A program made the position numbers and the translations under genes. A stretch of 58,459 nucleotides of DNA, the filler included, from Circinaria calcarea (lineage: Eukaryota): the NCBI GenBank assembly GCA_051942165.1. It is 7 parts of 7 records of this genome, joined end to end, with 100 filler letters (N's around TTAATTAATTAA, not from the genome) between each part and the next. Parts side by side here need not be neighbours in the genome. Positions count along the whole stretch, not along the records: positions 33,494 to 41,761 come from JAVECS010001142.1; positions 41,862 to 50,111 come from JAVECS010001143.1; positions 50,212 to 58,459 come from JAVECS010001144.1; 4 more parts are not named here. One strand, 5' to 3'. This document shows positions 38,811-50,817 of the stretch, in pieces (position 1 is the stretch's first letter; each line of letters starts with the position of its first letter). Below the pieces are notes generated by a model. The model had not been told where the DNA came from, did not search any database, and worked only from the letters and a program-made list of their open reading frames with translations.

Positions 38811-39484
38811 GGTTGAATACGATAATGACCGATTCAGATCTGGTAACGCAAACTTTTGGCGGACTCAGAACACTCGCAAGGGCAAGTCAAGTGGCAAGTG
38901 AAAGTAAAAGCGCATCTGTGCAGTCTAGAGAGCTTGTAAATAGACTGAGAGCCTCGAGAAAGTGAAGGTGGTGTGATCGCACAAGAATGCGTCCTGTGCC
39001 GTTGGCCGTGGCCACGAAGGCACCTAAGCCTTTCGGTGCCTCCTACAGAATGTAGTGTGATCCAAAGTAGCGCATTCGCTACTCGAGCTTGTTCTCACTA
39101 CCAGGCGCAGTTATTGCGATGTCGGACGCGGTACAGTCGAAAGATGAGCTGGGTCCGACGTGAAAGAAGGATCGATTTGAGTCAGTGCTGCAGGAGTCAA
39201 GATCCAAATTGTAGCTAGCGCCGCAAGAGCCTCACGTATCAATAGCATAGTAGGGCTGAATGTGGATCTAACCCGTTGTGGCTAGATATATCGACCAACT
39301 TTAATCACCAAAATAATCATTGGAGTTCACCACCTTCTTGGCACCACATCGAGACATCATGCTCCAATGAAAGAACGGCATCGGTCTTAGAACCCAGAGA
39401 GCGTTGCTCAAATAACACCCGCATCCCTTGGAGCGTTGAATAAACCGTCAAATTTTACTACAAACCAAAGGAGACAACAGTAAC
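38811..39484. promoter_or_regulatory. 674-bp divergent intergenic region shared by RPB1 and SWD1
   Basis: Head-to-head start codons at 38810 (-) and 39485 (+) on one contig. Confidence 0.75.
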
Positions 39485-40984
39485 ATGAACTTGTCCCTCA
39501 TCGATCCTTTCGTGCTTGCGCAGGACTATCCAGACTCACTAACAGGCAAGCTCAGATCTGGACACTCAACATGTATTCGGTTCAACCGCAAGGGAGACTT
39601 TCTTGCAGCTGGCAGGGCCGACGGCATAATCGTCATCTTCGATGTCGAGACAAATGGGGTGGCTCATAAATTACGTGGTCATACACGTCAGATCCAGTCC
39701 TTGAGTTGGTCACGCGGTGGGAGCCATTTACTTAGCTCTTCTCAAGACTGGAAGTGCATACTCTGGGACCTCAAAGACGGGTCTAGAGTTCGCACTGTCA
39801 GGTTCGAAGCCCCAGTGTACATTGCAGAACTCCACCCTTACAATCACTTTCTGTTTGTGGCCTCTCTTTTCGAAGATCAGCCAATGTTAGTAGATATCTC
39901 ATCAAGCACCCCAGTCAAGCGCCAACTGCCTTCCGCACCACGGCGACCGCAGATAGACGGGGAGGACATCAATGAGAAACAAGCGGCGCAGGATGCTAAA
40001 CAGTCTACATGTATTACCATTTTCACGTCCTTGGGAAACCACATCATTGCCGGAACGAGTAAAGGCTGGTTAAACATCATTGAAACCGAGTCATGCCAGA
40101 CAATACATTCTACACGCTTATGCAATGGTGTAGTCATCCTTCTACGTCTTACGGCATCTGGACGAGATATGGTATCCAATTCAAGCGACCGCGTCATTCG
40201 TACAATCCCGATGCCGGACTTGTCGCAGGTAGATTTGGACATCGACAATATCAAAATCGAAGTGGAGCACAAATTTCAAGATGTTGTCAATAGACTCTCC
40301 TGGAATCACGTAGCCTTTAGCTCGACTGGGGAATATGTGACAGCCTCAACGTACATGAACCACGATATCTATGTATGGGAGAGAAGTCATGGAAGTCTAG
40401 TCAAGATACTCGAGGGTCCTAAAGAGGAACTTGGGGTTGTCGAGGTTTGTCACTATTGTCAGGTAAGCGAGCCACGATTTTCTAATTGGCCACAGTGGCA
40501 TCCTAGCCGACCTCTCGTTGCTGCATGTGGTCTCGAGACTGGTCGAATATACCTGTGGTCGATTATAACCCCACAGCGGTGGTCGGCCTTAGCGCCAGAC
40601 TTTGCGGAGGTGGAGGAAAATGTAGAGTATATCGAGCGTGAAGACGAGTTCGATATCCACCCCATTGAAGAAATCCACAAGAGGCGTTTAGATCTCGAGG
40701 ACGAGTTGGTCGATGTCCTTACGATTGAACCCATTAAAGGAGAGTTGGATGATGAAGCGTTTCGGATGCCAGTACTTTTGGACATTGATGACAGCGAGAG
40801 CGAAGAAGAGATTGTCGCCATCGGTCCAGGAACAATGCGACGGAAAAGTCCCGGTGAAGGCAGGGAATGGATGAACGGCGCAGAAAGTGGCGATAGTGGC
40901 GATGACCGAGCTGCTACAAAGCGCACGGCTACGAGTGGAACGACAAAGGCATCTAACAGATCACGCAGGCGTTACGTTAACTGA
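39485..40984 (+). CDS. SWD1: COMPASS/Set1C WD40 subunit Swd1 (RBBP5 ortholog); one 51-nt intron at 40445-40495
   Basis: MNLSLIDPF start, WD40 repeats (LRGHTRQIQSLSWS…WD), LVKILEGPKEEL, and WSALAPDFAEVEENVEYIEREDEFD, the RbBP5/Swd1 hallmark. Confidence 0.96.
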   Translation: MNLSLIDPFVLAQDYPDSLTGKLRSGHSTCIRFNRKGDFLAAGRADGIIVIFDVETNGVAHKLRGHTRQIQSLSWSRGGSHLLSSSQDWKCILWDLKDGSRVRTVRFEAPVYIAELHPYNHFLFVASLFEDQPMLVDISSSTPVKRQLPSAPRRPQIDGEDINEKQAAQDAKQSTCITIFTSLGNHIIAGTSKGWLNIIETESCQTIHSTRLCNGVVILLRLTASGRDMVSNSSDRVIRTIPMPDLSQVDLDIDNIKIEVEHKFQDVVNRLSWNHVAFSSTGEYVTASTYMNHDIYVWERSHGSLVKILEGPKEELGVVEVCHYCQVSEPRFSNWPQWHPSRPLVAACGLETGRIYLWSIITPQRWSALAPDFAEVEENVEYIEREDEFDIHPIEEIHKRRLDLEDELVDVLTIEPIKGELDDEAFRMPVLLDIDDSESEEEIVAIGPGTMRRKSPGEGREWMNGAESGDSGDDRAATKRTATSGTTKASNRSRRRYVN

Positions 40985-41761
40985 CAGGCTACAAGTCACG
41001 AATGCAGCCACAGGGTCCAGCCCTCTGTTAGACAACTTCCTAGACTCTTTCCCTTTCGCAAAAGATGTCAACAACCATCAAAAGAAGCACACTTAGCTCC
41101 TTAAGATGATAGCTTCGCTCCCCATAACGGGATTACCACAACAATACCAACATCAGCTAGTGTTCAAAGTGCGCGATGTATGTTTCGATGGCTCTTTGGC
41201 GGCCGCCAGGCTCCACCGCATCCATATCTGCGGCACTTATTGGAAGATCGCACGAGTCTTGCCGTATCACTGATCTCTATGGCACAACGACTTACATTGC
41301 GAATTAGAGACCGGATTGGAGCTAACATCTTACCAGGGAGATCAAGGCAAGCGTGCAAGCTTTTACGCAGAGCCTGATAAATGTCCTATCATTGATGACG
41401 AGACCTCATGGTTTAAACCCGTGGGCTAGCAGTCGCTTGTGCAAGGTCAGCTTGGGGAAGATGTGCATCCAAGGCCGGGAGTTGTCACGAAGGCGTGTCT
41501 CATGAAGGAGCTCCATGTGTAGATTGAATGAGAGGCTAGGCATGGTGCTTTAAGAAAGACGGCCTTCAAGCTGTCCTGATCTTCACCCCTTTCTTAACAT
41601 ATCAAGATCTACCAGGCTACCGAGGCCTACGCACCATTCTATCCTCTTGAGAGTGACAAGGTGGAGAGCACTACTGCTGGAGCGGTGCTCTATTAACCTT
41701 GGTCTTTTGTCTGCGTAGAGAGTAGCGAAAATTCGAGGCTGATGGAGGGAATATTGGACAA

Positions 41762-41861
41762 NNNNNNNNNNNNNNNNNNNNNNNNNNNNNNNNNNNNNNN
41801 NNNNNTTAATTAATTAANNNNNNNNNNNNNNNNNNNNNNNNNNNNNNNNNNNNNNNNNNNN
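41762..41861. other. Artificial contig spacer
   Basis: N44-TTAATTAATTAA-N44. Confidence 0.98.
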
Positions 41862-44800
41862 CCCCGGGGCCCAAGCAAAACTCTCTCCCCCAAGCCCAAA
41901 AAAAAAAAACACCCGCCCCTACTTTCCATGTCAACTGGTCCGTCGCCCCTCGGCTCTTTTTGCCGCCGAGATTTTTAATGCCAATAGGTATTCTAATGTA
42001 TATTTGAACCTGATCCCCAACACTTGCAGGACACTGGCACTACTGATCCCTGACAAGAAAGAGAATGCCATTCTTGCCTTTGCATTTGCGTTTTTGCGCT
42101 CGCTCGTCCGCTAGTTGCACAGAGTTTGTAAAATCTGGGAAATCATGGATGATATGCAGGTTGTTGGAAAGAGGGTCAAAGATACCTACCCCCTTATTCT
42201 TAATCTATTTCACCCCTTTTCTAATGGGCAGAGGGGAGTTTTAGAGGGGTTCTATGGGCCGGGGAAGAAAGGGTGGAGGGTAAGCGGCACCTGGCTTTCT
42301 AGCGCTTGGGACTCCAAGGGCGCTTCGAGCGGTTCTGGGGTGCTGTGGGATGTCTATGTAATAGGTAATTGGCAAATGGGTATATGCAGCGTCGTGAGGT
42401 AAAAAGGTGGTAGAATAAACGGATTGTGCGATAATGTTTGGTCATCACGTGGGGTTTCCGGTTACAAGGAATTGCATAGACTTAGAGATGGGGGCCCGTG
42501 TGGAAGGATTAGGTGGCGGAGGCCGCGGCCCACGACTGAGCGGCCTGGCAGGCGGACGATCTGAGAAGATGATGTTTTCTAAAACCTTCTGGGCGCTTTT
42601 CAGGGGACTCCTTCAGGGGTGCTTACGGCAATCAGGGGGGTCGGTACTCCATAAGGTAAGGTATGTAGATCGTTGATGAAACTGGGGGGAGATTCGAGGC
42701 GATTGGATACCATGCCGCTGTAAAAGGAATTTAAAAATGCGGTCTGGAGGATTCATGGGACGGAGTTCCAGCGGTGTGGAGCGCGTCTGCATTGTGTACT
42801 CCGTACAGAGACCTTTTTTGTTTGGCAGGGAATTTATCCGGACAAAGGGACGATCTTGTCTTCCTTCGGGGAACCGTTCGGGGAAGCGGAAAGAGGGGGG
42901 TTTTCTTTTTGGGTGTGTCAGTCGACCTCTTTGGATTTGTTGTGTGGTTGCGCGGACGTTGTGTCAGCCACTACTCGGTGAGTTACCTGATGCGGTGGAA
43001 ACCTGTGGGACAGCAGCATAATAAGCTTCCCGAAGATCGATCTCGGGAATCGGGTCACGTTCTGCGCGTCACTGCATCCAGAAACCATCTCGACCCTTTT
43101 TGCCGACCAGATGACAGTGTCAACGAGAGTGGTCCGTATATTCCGGGCCCCCCATTGGAATCTCATCGGACGGGTCTGACATGTTGTGGTACGAGGTGGA
43201 AGCGGGATATTGGATATATGGACCTTCCAGATTCTACAGTAGTACCAGTAAATGTGTGGTCGACGTGCATTGTCTGGGTAGGATTCCTATAGGGGGCAAT
43301 AATAGCAGAGATTTGCTGTATCTGCTGCATGGACGTGCCGGACGGACGCTTGGTTTTTGTCCCTCGACGATTTTGCCTTGAGAGATCGAATTTAGCTATT
43401 TGAGGAAGAACTTATTTGGTACGGTACGTTTGACCGTCCCTGCAGCTTGATCGGATGTAGTTGCCAGGTACATTTGGGAATCTCCGAGTCTTCTTCGTGC
43501 CAATGTCGAGGAATCGTGTGATTGATTGGCATTGGGTTGATCGTACATCGTAACGCCTGCCCTTTCTCCAGAAAGTGCTCGGAGCCCTTCATGGTGCAGT
43601 AGCGAATCATGCATGTTCTGCATAGGGCATACCAATCCTGCACCACCTCCCAAAGCGTCCAACCATCGTCCTCCCCTTCCTTCTTACCAAGATTGACTTG
43701 AACGTTTACTCCGTACCCGGCGTTTTTGGTGAGACACGTCCGAGTTGTCGAGACTCTTCCCCAAAGCTGTTAGCCGCATCTGACACGATCGCAGGTGACT
43801 GACTATTCTACACCGCAAGTTCCATTTGTCCCGTTCTTGCATCGTCGCCATCTCGAATTTTCCACTTGCTTGATTGAAATGGTGCAGTTGTAGTCCGTCT
43901 AAGGTTTGTGCTATCCCCCCCCGGGAACTGATGTGCTCAGGGAAGGTTGAAGGCTTGCCGACTCATCCCCAGTCATCTCACCGTTTGCCCTCCACCCTTC
44001 CCCCCCGGGAGCCATGCCCCTCCCTGCCCTTGTCGAGGCTGTCATACCGTTTTGACCCCTCATCTTCAGCGACTTCCCTGCAATCCGACATTCCCCATGC
44101 GAAGCTATTTGGCTCCGCTGTCATGATCCTAGCAGTGCCGTTGCGCTTGCAGCTATCCTGGCCGGATGCGCGATTGACCGTTTCTGGGCCCTAAGCGATA
44201 CGTCGCATGGGGATGGCAGTCGAGAGTTCGACGCAAGGTGATGTAGCACCGTCTAAGCGGTAGGATCAGACGATCCAAAAGTCAAGCAGGGCAGTTGAGA
44301 TGAGCGGTTCGAATTGCCCTTGTGGACTGGGAAGACGAGGGAGTTCCTTCGGGGCGACAGGTACAGGCACGTGACTTGAATAGCCGTCCATCTTTGCGGC
44401 ATCCTGGGGCAGTATAGATCTACCGGGAGCTTCTGCTTCACTGAACATGCAAAGGAATGATAGCATTGTAGTCATATCACTCGTAGCAGGACAGCTGTCG
44501 TTGAATCATGCCCTGAAGCATATGTTTACGCATTTTGATATCTACGATTAGGGCTACAGCAGCCTTATTACCCACAAACGAAGAATCTTCCCGAATACCC
44601 TAAACCCAACGTCACTCCATCTCCAAAATCCCCGGACTGCATATATGACCGTCGAGGAGCCTGGCGTGTCAGCTTATCGAGAGTAGGAGACGTCCACATG
44701 TAAGTCGGGGGGATGGAAGAAATGCAGCTCTCGCATGTTCTCCAGCACGCCAGAGCATCTTCTCTTCCGGCCTGCATACAGACGAACCAAGAACTGGCGC

Positions 44801-47688
44801 TGACAAACGAGTAGACCACAGCTACAGTCAACCAATCCGATCTTCGACTCAGGTACTGGACTTGATCACCTCAACTCCATCGAGTACGACACTGAACAGC
44901 CTCCTCAGTTGCAAAACTTCAACTCGGGGTAGGCAACAGCTGGCACACCAGCATCTGACAGTGTTGCGTCGACGTCTTCGCTCAGAGTATTCCAACTGCA
45001 AGAACCTGGGCGCGGTTAACGGTTTCGAGCTTCAAATCTAGCCACAAATAGTCACTTCGCGGTCGACCACAACTGTCGTGAGCCGCAATACCAATCAACA
45101 AGCAGTGTTCCCAACGGCAACACGTGTCATTCTCGAATTTTTTCCTCTGAATAGGTATGCGATGCCAAGGACCGGATCCCTTCTCATCATCGTCATCACT
45201 AAATTTTGCATTTTTGTGGAGGACGAAAGCACAATAGAAAATCCACAATCACCTACAGACGACCTGAGCACAAAATTCGGTGGACGGAGGCTGTATCAGA
45301 GATTACGCATTCGGTGAGTACCAGACAAAGTGTATCATGTCGTGGTTGAATGACAATGTCCCCAAACCGCCTCCCAACCTCCCTGTCCGAATCCTTTCGC
45401 TCTCTGCTCTTTGATAGGCTACGGCATTTTATCGAGCTTGGATCCGGTGGAATGGCTGCTGGTTGGCTTAGATGCACGATGCGCAATTCCAGCCGAGATG
45501 GCTACCCACTCCTGCGCAGTGGCAAGCATCATCCTTGATGGACTCAACGGTCGGCCAGCCACTGCATTCGCTCCCTCCGGTTTATCACTCGCCTCTCAAC
45601 TTCCCCTTCGACCTGCCCACGAACCCCGAGACCCCCGACTCTCTCATCACACCCCCAGATTGTCCAATGATTGGTCGCAATTGTCAGCAGCTTTGCATAG
45701 CCCACAGCAATGTCATGTCCCGGTCCTCAATAACAATGGTTCCTTCCATTCCTTTCCGCAATGATTTTCCTACCTCTGCACGATTTCTTCTTGGGCGGGA
45801 AGGAGAGCGATGTTTGATTGCCCGGTCCAAGCGCCCGTTGGCTGAGCTGACCGACACACCCGTCCATGATACGATGGATCGGAAGCTGATTGGAGAGTTG
45901 GAGTAGGCGTGCATCACAAATTCAGACCTCCCCGATAGAGAGTCGAATCCTCCTTGCCGCAAACGAACCATCTTTGGTCCGCCTAATCTCCGTTAGTCCC
46001 CCCCGAGGCTTTTCGCTAGTCACGACAGCCTGCAACCGAGTTCATTTGGTGGCTTTTTTTCCGCTGACTTCAGACAAGTAATCTCTGCCAAACAAATCAA
46101 AAACTCATCCTTGGTGTGGAATCTCACGGGGCACCAGTAGCCAATCTGAACCGTTGCCGCAATCTCGTAAAGGTTTCTTCCATACGAAACTCCAGTCTCT
46201 TCCCCAAAAGCATTTGAAATTGCCACTAAAGGGAAAAAAGGTCACTCTGGCCTCGAGCCGGCAAAACGGAAAAGGTGCAATCACGCTGCATTGGCGTTTG
46301 TTTTGTGCCACCCCAAAAGGCTTGCGATAGTCGATAGTAGTGCTGTAAGAACGCGCGGGCCGGGTCGCGGTCTGGCAGTTTGGTACCATTGTGATTTCCG
46401 GACTTGGGCTGGGTTGATTACGATATCACAGTATTCATTCCATCGACTCTCGAATTACCGGTGGGCCCGACTCATGTACCAGCAGGCGCAGGCCACGCTA
46501 GATGCATGACAGACGAGACAGCCTTGTATCAGAAAACGCCTCACATTTGTCCTGCCTCGTTTAACTCGTTTACCTCGTGGGCGACACCCCTTCCAAGCGG
46601 TAAGGGGGTCGGAGCGTGCTAGGATTTCGCGTGCCATTCAGGTTTTTGACAGTTAACGGGCGACAGTCGGGGAGACGTGTGTTTGGAGAGAGACTCCAAA
46701 CGCCCCGGAAGGGCATCAGTTAGATTGCGGTGGATGGGAAGCAACGACACCATCATATTACAGGTGATGTCTCTCCGCTCCTGCATTAGGCGCCAAGCTA
46801 CCCGAGAAATTGCCATCGTCGATGGTCATAAGTATTACGAGTACATATGCTTTGGCACTTGCTATTCTAGTTCCTCACTGCCCTCGGTGCGAGAGCGAGA
46901 GAGAGAGAGAGAAGACTCGATCACGGGCGGTGCCATCGCGCCTTCAGCTGGATGCGCGCATCGGACAAAAAGTGACGTTGACTGACTTGTGGGTGTGTGA
47001 AGTGGCAGAGATCACAGAAGGCGCATACATTCGACGGACCGCATCCCTACTACCTTCCTTTCACGTATTAAGTATCTATCAAAAGCCAAACTGCAGCCTG
47101 CACCTCGATCGCAAATTTCCCTGGTCTCTCCTTAGGCTGTTTCGTGTGTCGATTGGGGAAAAGGAGAAGAGGGCCGGGATCGTTACACGCCCTCGGGGAT
47201 AGCGCCCCAGTGTTGGCCTCTCGCACGGACAATTGGCCGACGCTTTAATCTGCTTAAGCAGCATCCGAGCCTTCGCAACGGTGCCAGACTTGCATCCAGA
47301 AACTTTATTGCTACGACCATGGCCATCAAAGGGGAGAAGAGGCCTGGACCAGGAGGGTATAAGGAAGAGCCGGCGCCTGTGGCGGGCGACCCTGGTGTAA
47401 GTCCCGCAATCCTTGAACACCCCAAACCCCGTCCAACGCCTTTTCATCATTGCCCATTGCCATTACCATTGCCATTGTTATTGTCATCGTCCATCGCCGT
47501 CGCCCTTTTATCCTCGTGTACCCCGAGCGTGCTTTGCTCTGCCCACGGTTCTGTATCGATTCACCTCCCTCCGGCGCACTCTCTTCCTCTCTTCCTTCGT
47601 CCGGCGCACGCCTTGTATGACCTGAAAAGGGCGCGCGCACTTGACGACTTGCAATAAGGTTGGTCATTGGTTTCGGCCCGCAGAATAC

Positions 47689-50111
47689 ATGGTATGCCCA
47701 TCTCTACCGAGACACTATCGCCGCAGTCTTCCTGTCTTCCCTTGCCAGGACGAGGGGGTCCCAGTCATTTGGGACTGTACGGGCGACGAATGCTTTTCGT
47801 ACCTTGTATGCAAGTTGTACAGAGATCAACGCAACACACACACACACATACACCACACGCTCATCATCCCATGTCGCCGGTCCCCCCCCGGTCGCCTTCT
47901 GATCCTCGCTGCGGGTCTCCGTTGACTATCATATCGGAAGTCTCGCGTGTTTTGCCATCCCTGCTGTTGATTATCATTCACCCAATATCATTCACCAAAG
48001 CTGTGCATCAGGTCCAAGGACTTTGACCCCGCCAGTGTTACCCTTGTCGTCGTGCTCTCTTCTCTTCTGCGTTGTATGACTGTCGATGCTTTCCATCTTC
48101 TCTTCTAGATTCTTCGCATAAGTGCCACCCTGCCTGACTCTCGACCGGGGACCTCGATCACCATCAAGGGTGTTGCTTTCCACACACGTCGTTGGCATTG
48201 TGCTTTGACACTCGTCTACTGTACACACATTGCGCGCTGCCACGACGGACCACATTGGGCAACAGTGACTGATTGAAGGTATCTACAGCATCATCCCCAT
48301 CATCCTCAACAGGCCCCGCCTCTTCATTTACAGCATCCTCGCCCCTCCAGTATCGTTCATCAGCAACAGCAACAGCACCCCGGATCACCGCATCAACCGT
48401 CGCAACCTCAGCATTCCGGAGTCTACAACTCGCCGCACACCTCCCAGCACGGCCTTCCACTTCAGCATCAGTCCCCTTATCCTCAACCGGGACCGGGCCC
48501 CAACGGACACACACAGCCAGAGGTCGCCTATTACGCGAGTCATCCAAGCCCGTATAACGCTCCGGCACCGGGGCAATATCCGCCTCCAGGTTTGTAACCC
48601 GTGCCAGATTAATCTGAAACACATGGCATTGCACTGGGGAATCATGACAACGTTTGCTTACATGTCAAAGTAGAAACGCCTGAATTAATGGCAGCAGCAC
48701 AGATGCAACGACCCTACCCTCCGATATACCACACTCCTCAGTCCAACTCGCCGGCATCCGTTGCTTCTCCTCAGAGCCATGAGCAACACGCTCGAAATAT
48801 GTACGGCCAACCGGGCCCGCAGTTACAGAATATGCAGTACAATTATGCCGCTCAGTATCCACCAATGAATCAAGTTCACCCCAGTCCTTATTCACAACAT
48901 CCCGGTCATCAGCAACAACAGCAGCAGCAGCAACAACATCAAAACATAGCCTCGCAGCCTCTTCTCATGTCACATCAGCATAGCCAGCAGCAGATGCAGC
49001 ATCCGCAATCACAGGGGCAGCAGCCACAGGGAATGACCAACTCTCCCAGGCCCAAACTGGAACCGTCTGTGATGCAAAGACCGCACGAGGCATCCGCTCT
49101 GCAACGCGCGCCTTCGGGACCACTCAACCCAAACGGCAATCCGACTGGACCGACTACAAACGGCAACGGTCTCCATCAAAGTCCGCCGAACGGAGGGGGG
49201 GTAAACCCCAATGCAGCACCGGGACCGATTCCAGCCACAACCCCTTTGGTCGTTCGACAGGACAATAACGGGGTGCAATGGATCGCGTTTGAGTATTCTC
49301 GAGATCGCGTAAAAATGGAATATACGATTCGATGCGACGTCGAGTCGGTGAACGTCGATGCGCTTGCTCCCGAGTTCAAGACCGAGAATTGTGTGTATCC
49401 ACGAGCGTGCTGCGGAAAAGAGCAGTATCGGGGCAACCGATTGGTTTACGAGACGGAGTGCAATACCGTGGGTTGGGCACTTGCAGAACTCAATCCCTGT
49501 CTTCGAGGCAAAAGGGGCTTGATTCAGAGAGCGGTGGACAGTTGGAGGAACAGCAATCAAGACCCCAAGTTACGGAGCCGGCGAGTGAGGAGGCAGACGA
49601 AGCTCAACAGTCGAAAGCATGTCGCTCAACATCCACCGGCTCACATGGCTGGTCCTGGTGTTCCCGGAGTTCCACCGGGGGTACCCAGTTCGAACCCCAT
49701 GGCTGCGCCCGTGCAACGGCAGCAACCGAGCAACATGGGCATGGGAGGTCCACAATTACACCACCACCATGCGCACCCGGATGGAAGTGTTTCTGGCGGT
49801 ACGGATGATGTTAGCGGTATGTTTCACCAAATGTAAAGTGCGTACACGCAAGCATGTGTTATATAAAGCTGTGACGGGATACACGAAGTACATGTGGTCA
49901 ATGTTTGATAGCAATACTTTTCGTATACCATGCTTCATCGTGCTCCGATTGTATCAAGCGTAGGCTGATGATGCGCCTTGGTCTTTGCAGTCAACGGTAA
50001 CTACCCACGACACCTTTCTGATGGTATCGCAGGCCCGGCCCCCAATGACATTCGACAGTCACAGATCTTCGCCGGCTATTCGAATTATCCAACCCAAGGC
50101 AACATCGGTGC
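47689..50111 (+). CDS. Conserved fungal Q/H/P-rich putative nuclear regulator (conserved domain resembles that of S. pombe Adn1-like proteins); exons 47689-47691 (ATG only), 48289-48589, 48674-49816, 49991->50111 (3'-truncated)
   Basis: Highly conserved block PGPIPATTPLVVRQDNNGVQWIAFEYSRDRVKMEYTIRCDVESV…ENCVYPRA…GNRLVYETECNTVGWALA…RGKRGLIQRAVDSWRN. Upstream exon HHPHHPQQAPPLHLQHPRPSS… splices in frame (phase 1) to ETPELMAAAQ. An ATG|GTATGC donor lies at 47689-47697. Confidence 0.8.
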
Positions 50112-50211
50112 NNNNNNNNNNNNNNNNNNNNNNNNNNNNNNNNNNNNNNNNNNNNTTAATTAATTAANNNNNNNNNNNNNNNNNNNNNNNNNNNNNNNNN
50201 NNNNNNNNNNN
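50112..50211. other. Artificial contig spacer
   Basis: N44-TTAATTAATTAA-N44. Confidence 0.98.
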
Positions 50212-50817
50212 TTACGGTCGAGGACGTTGGTGAATTGGGCGATGGCGGGTGGGACTTTGAGACGGAGATTGAGGATTTTCTTTTGGCGCTGTAGACGGAC
50301 GTATTCAGGCCAGCGGACCATACGCGAGAGGTTGCGTCGTGGCTGGATGTCTTGACCGATTCCGTAGTTACGAGGCCGCTTCTCGATGAGGGGGTTCTAT
50401 GAAGAAACGAGAGTTCGTTAATACCACCGTCAATCGCATCATGATTACAGAAGGCCAATGCAGAATAAAAGCCTGATCACTTACTTTTGCGGTCTTTTTG
50501 GTAGCACCGGCCTTTCCCTGGGGGAAAGGCGCGGGAGCGGTCTTCCGTCCTTGCTTAGGAGGCTGTCATTGAGAAAAGAAGATCATCAGCGAATCATGTT
50601 CACCAAATCGTGTCTTCTTTGAACTCTAGAGAGAACACGAGCTGCATTGCTGCGAGAATCGTGGCTCAAGCCAAAATCATCACCAGTGCCTTTGTTGCTC
50701 GAAGAGCCTTGGGCGACTGGCGGGATGTGCACGTCGTTGTCATGTCATAGAAATCACTCTATGCATGTAGCAATGACTGCACCTTCGAAATGGGTGGCAG
50801 AGGTGATGGCTTACCAT
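50212..50817 (-). CDS. RPL8: 60S ribosomal protein L8 (eL8 / L7a), 5' part; exons 50817-50815 (ATG), 50562-50485, 50396->50212
   Basis: Spliced product [82 protein letters not shown] is the eL8 N-terminus. Not in the ORF track. Confidence 0.97.

Noticed and set aside
45472..45906. 144-aa ORF with a possible upstream intron (45314-45417)
   Set aside because: No recognisable motifs, weak branch site, and overlapping ORFs of similar length in other frames; unsupported without transcript data.
46898..47850. (GA)n and (CA)n microsatellites
   Set aside because: Short, ordinary simple repeats.
8280..50211. TTAATTAATTAA recurring every ~8.37 kb as a periodic biological repeat or CRISPR-like array
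   Set aside because: Always centred in identical N-runs; it is an assembly spacer and the period reflects size-sorted contigs.
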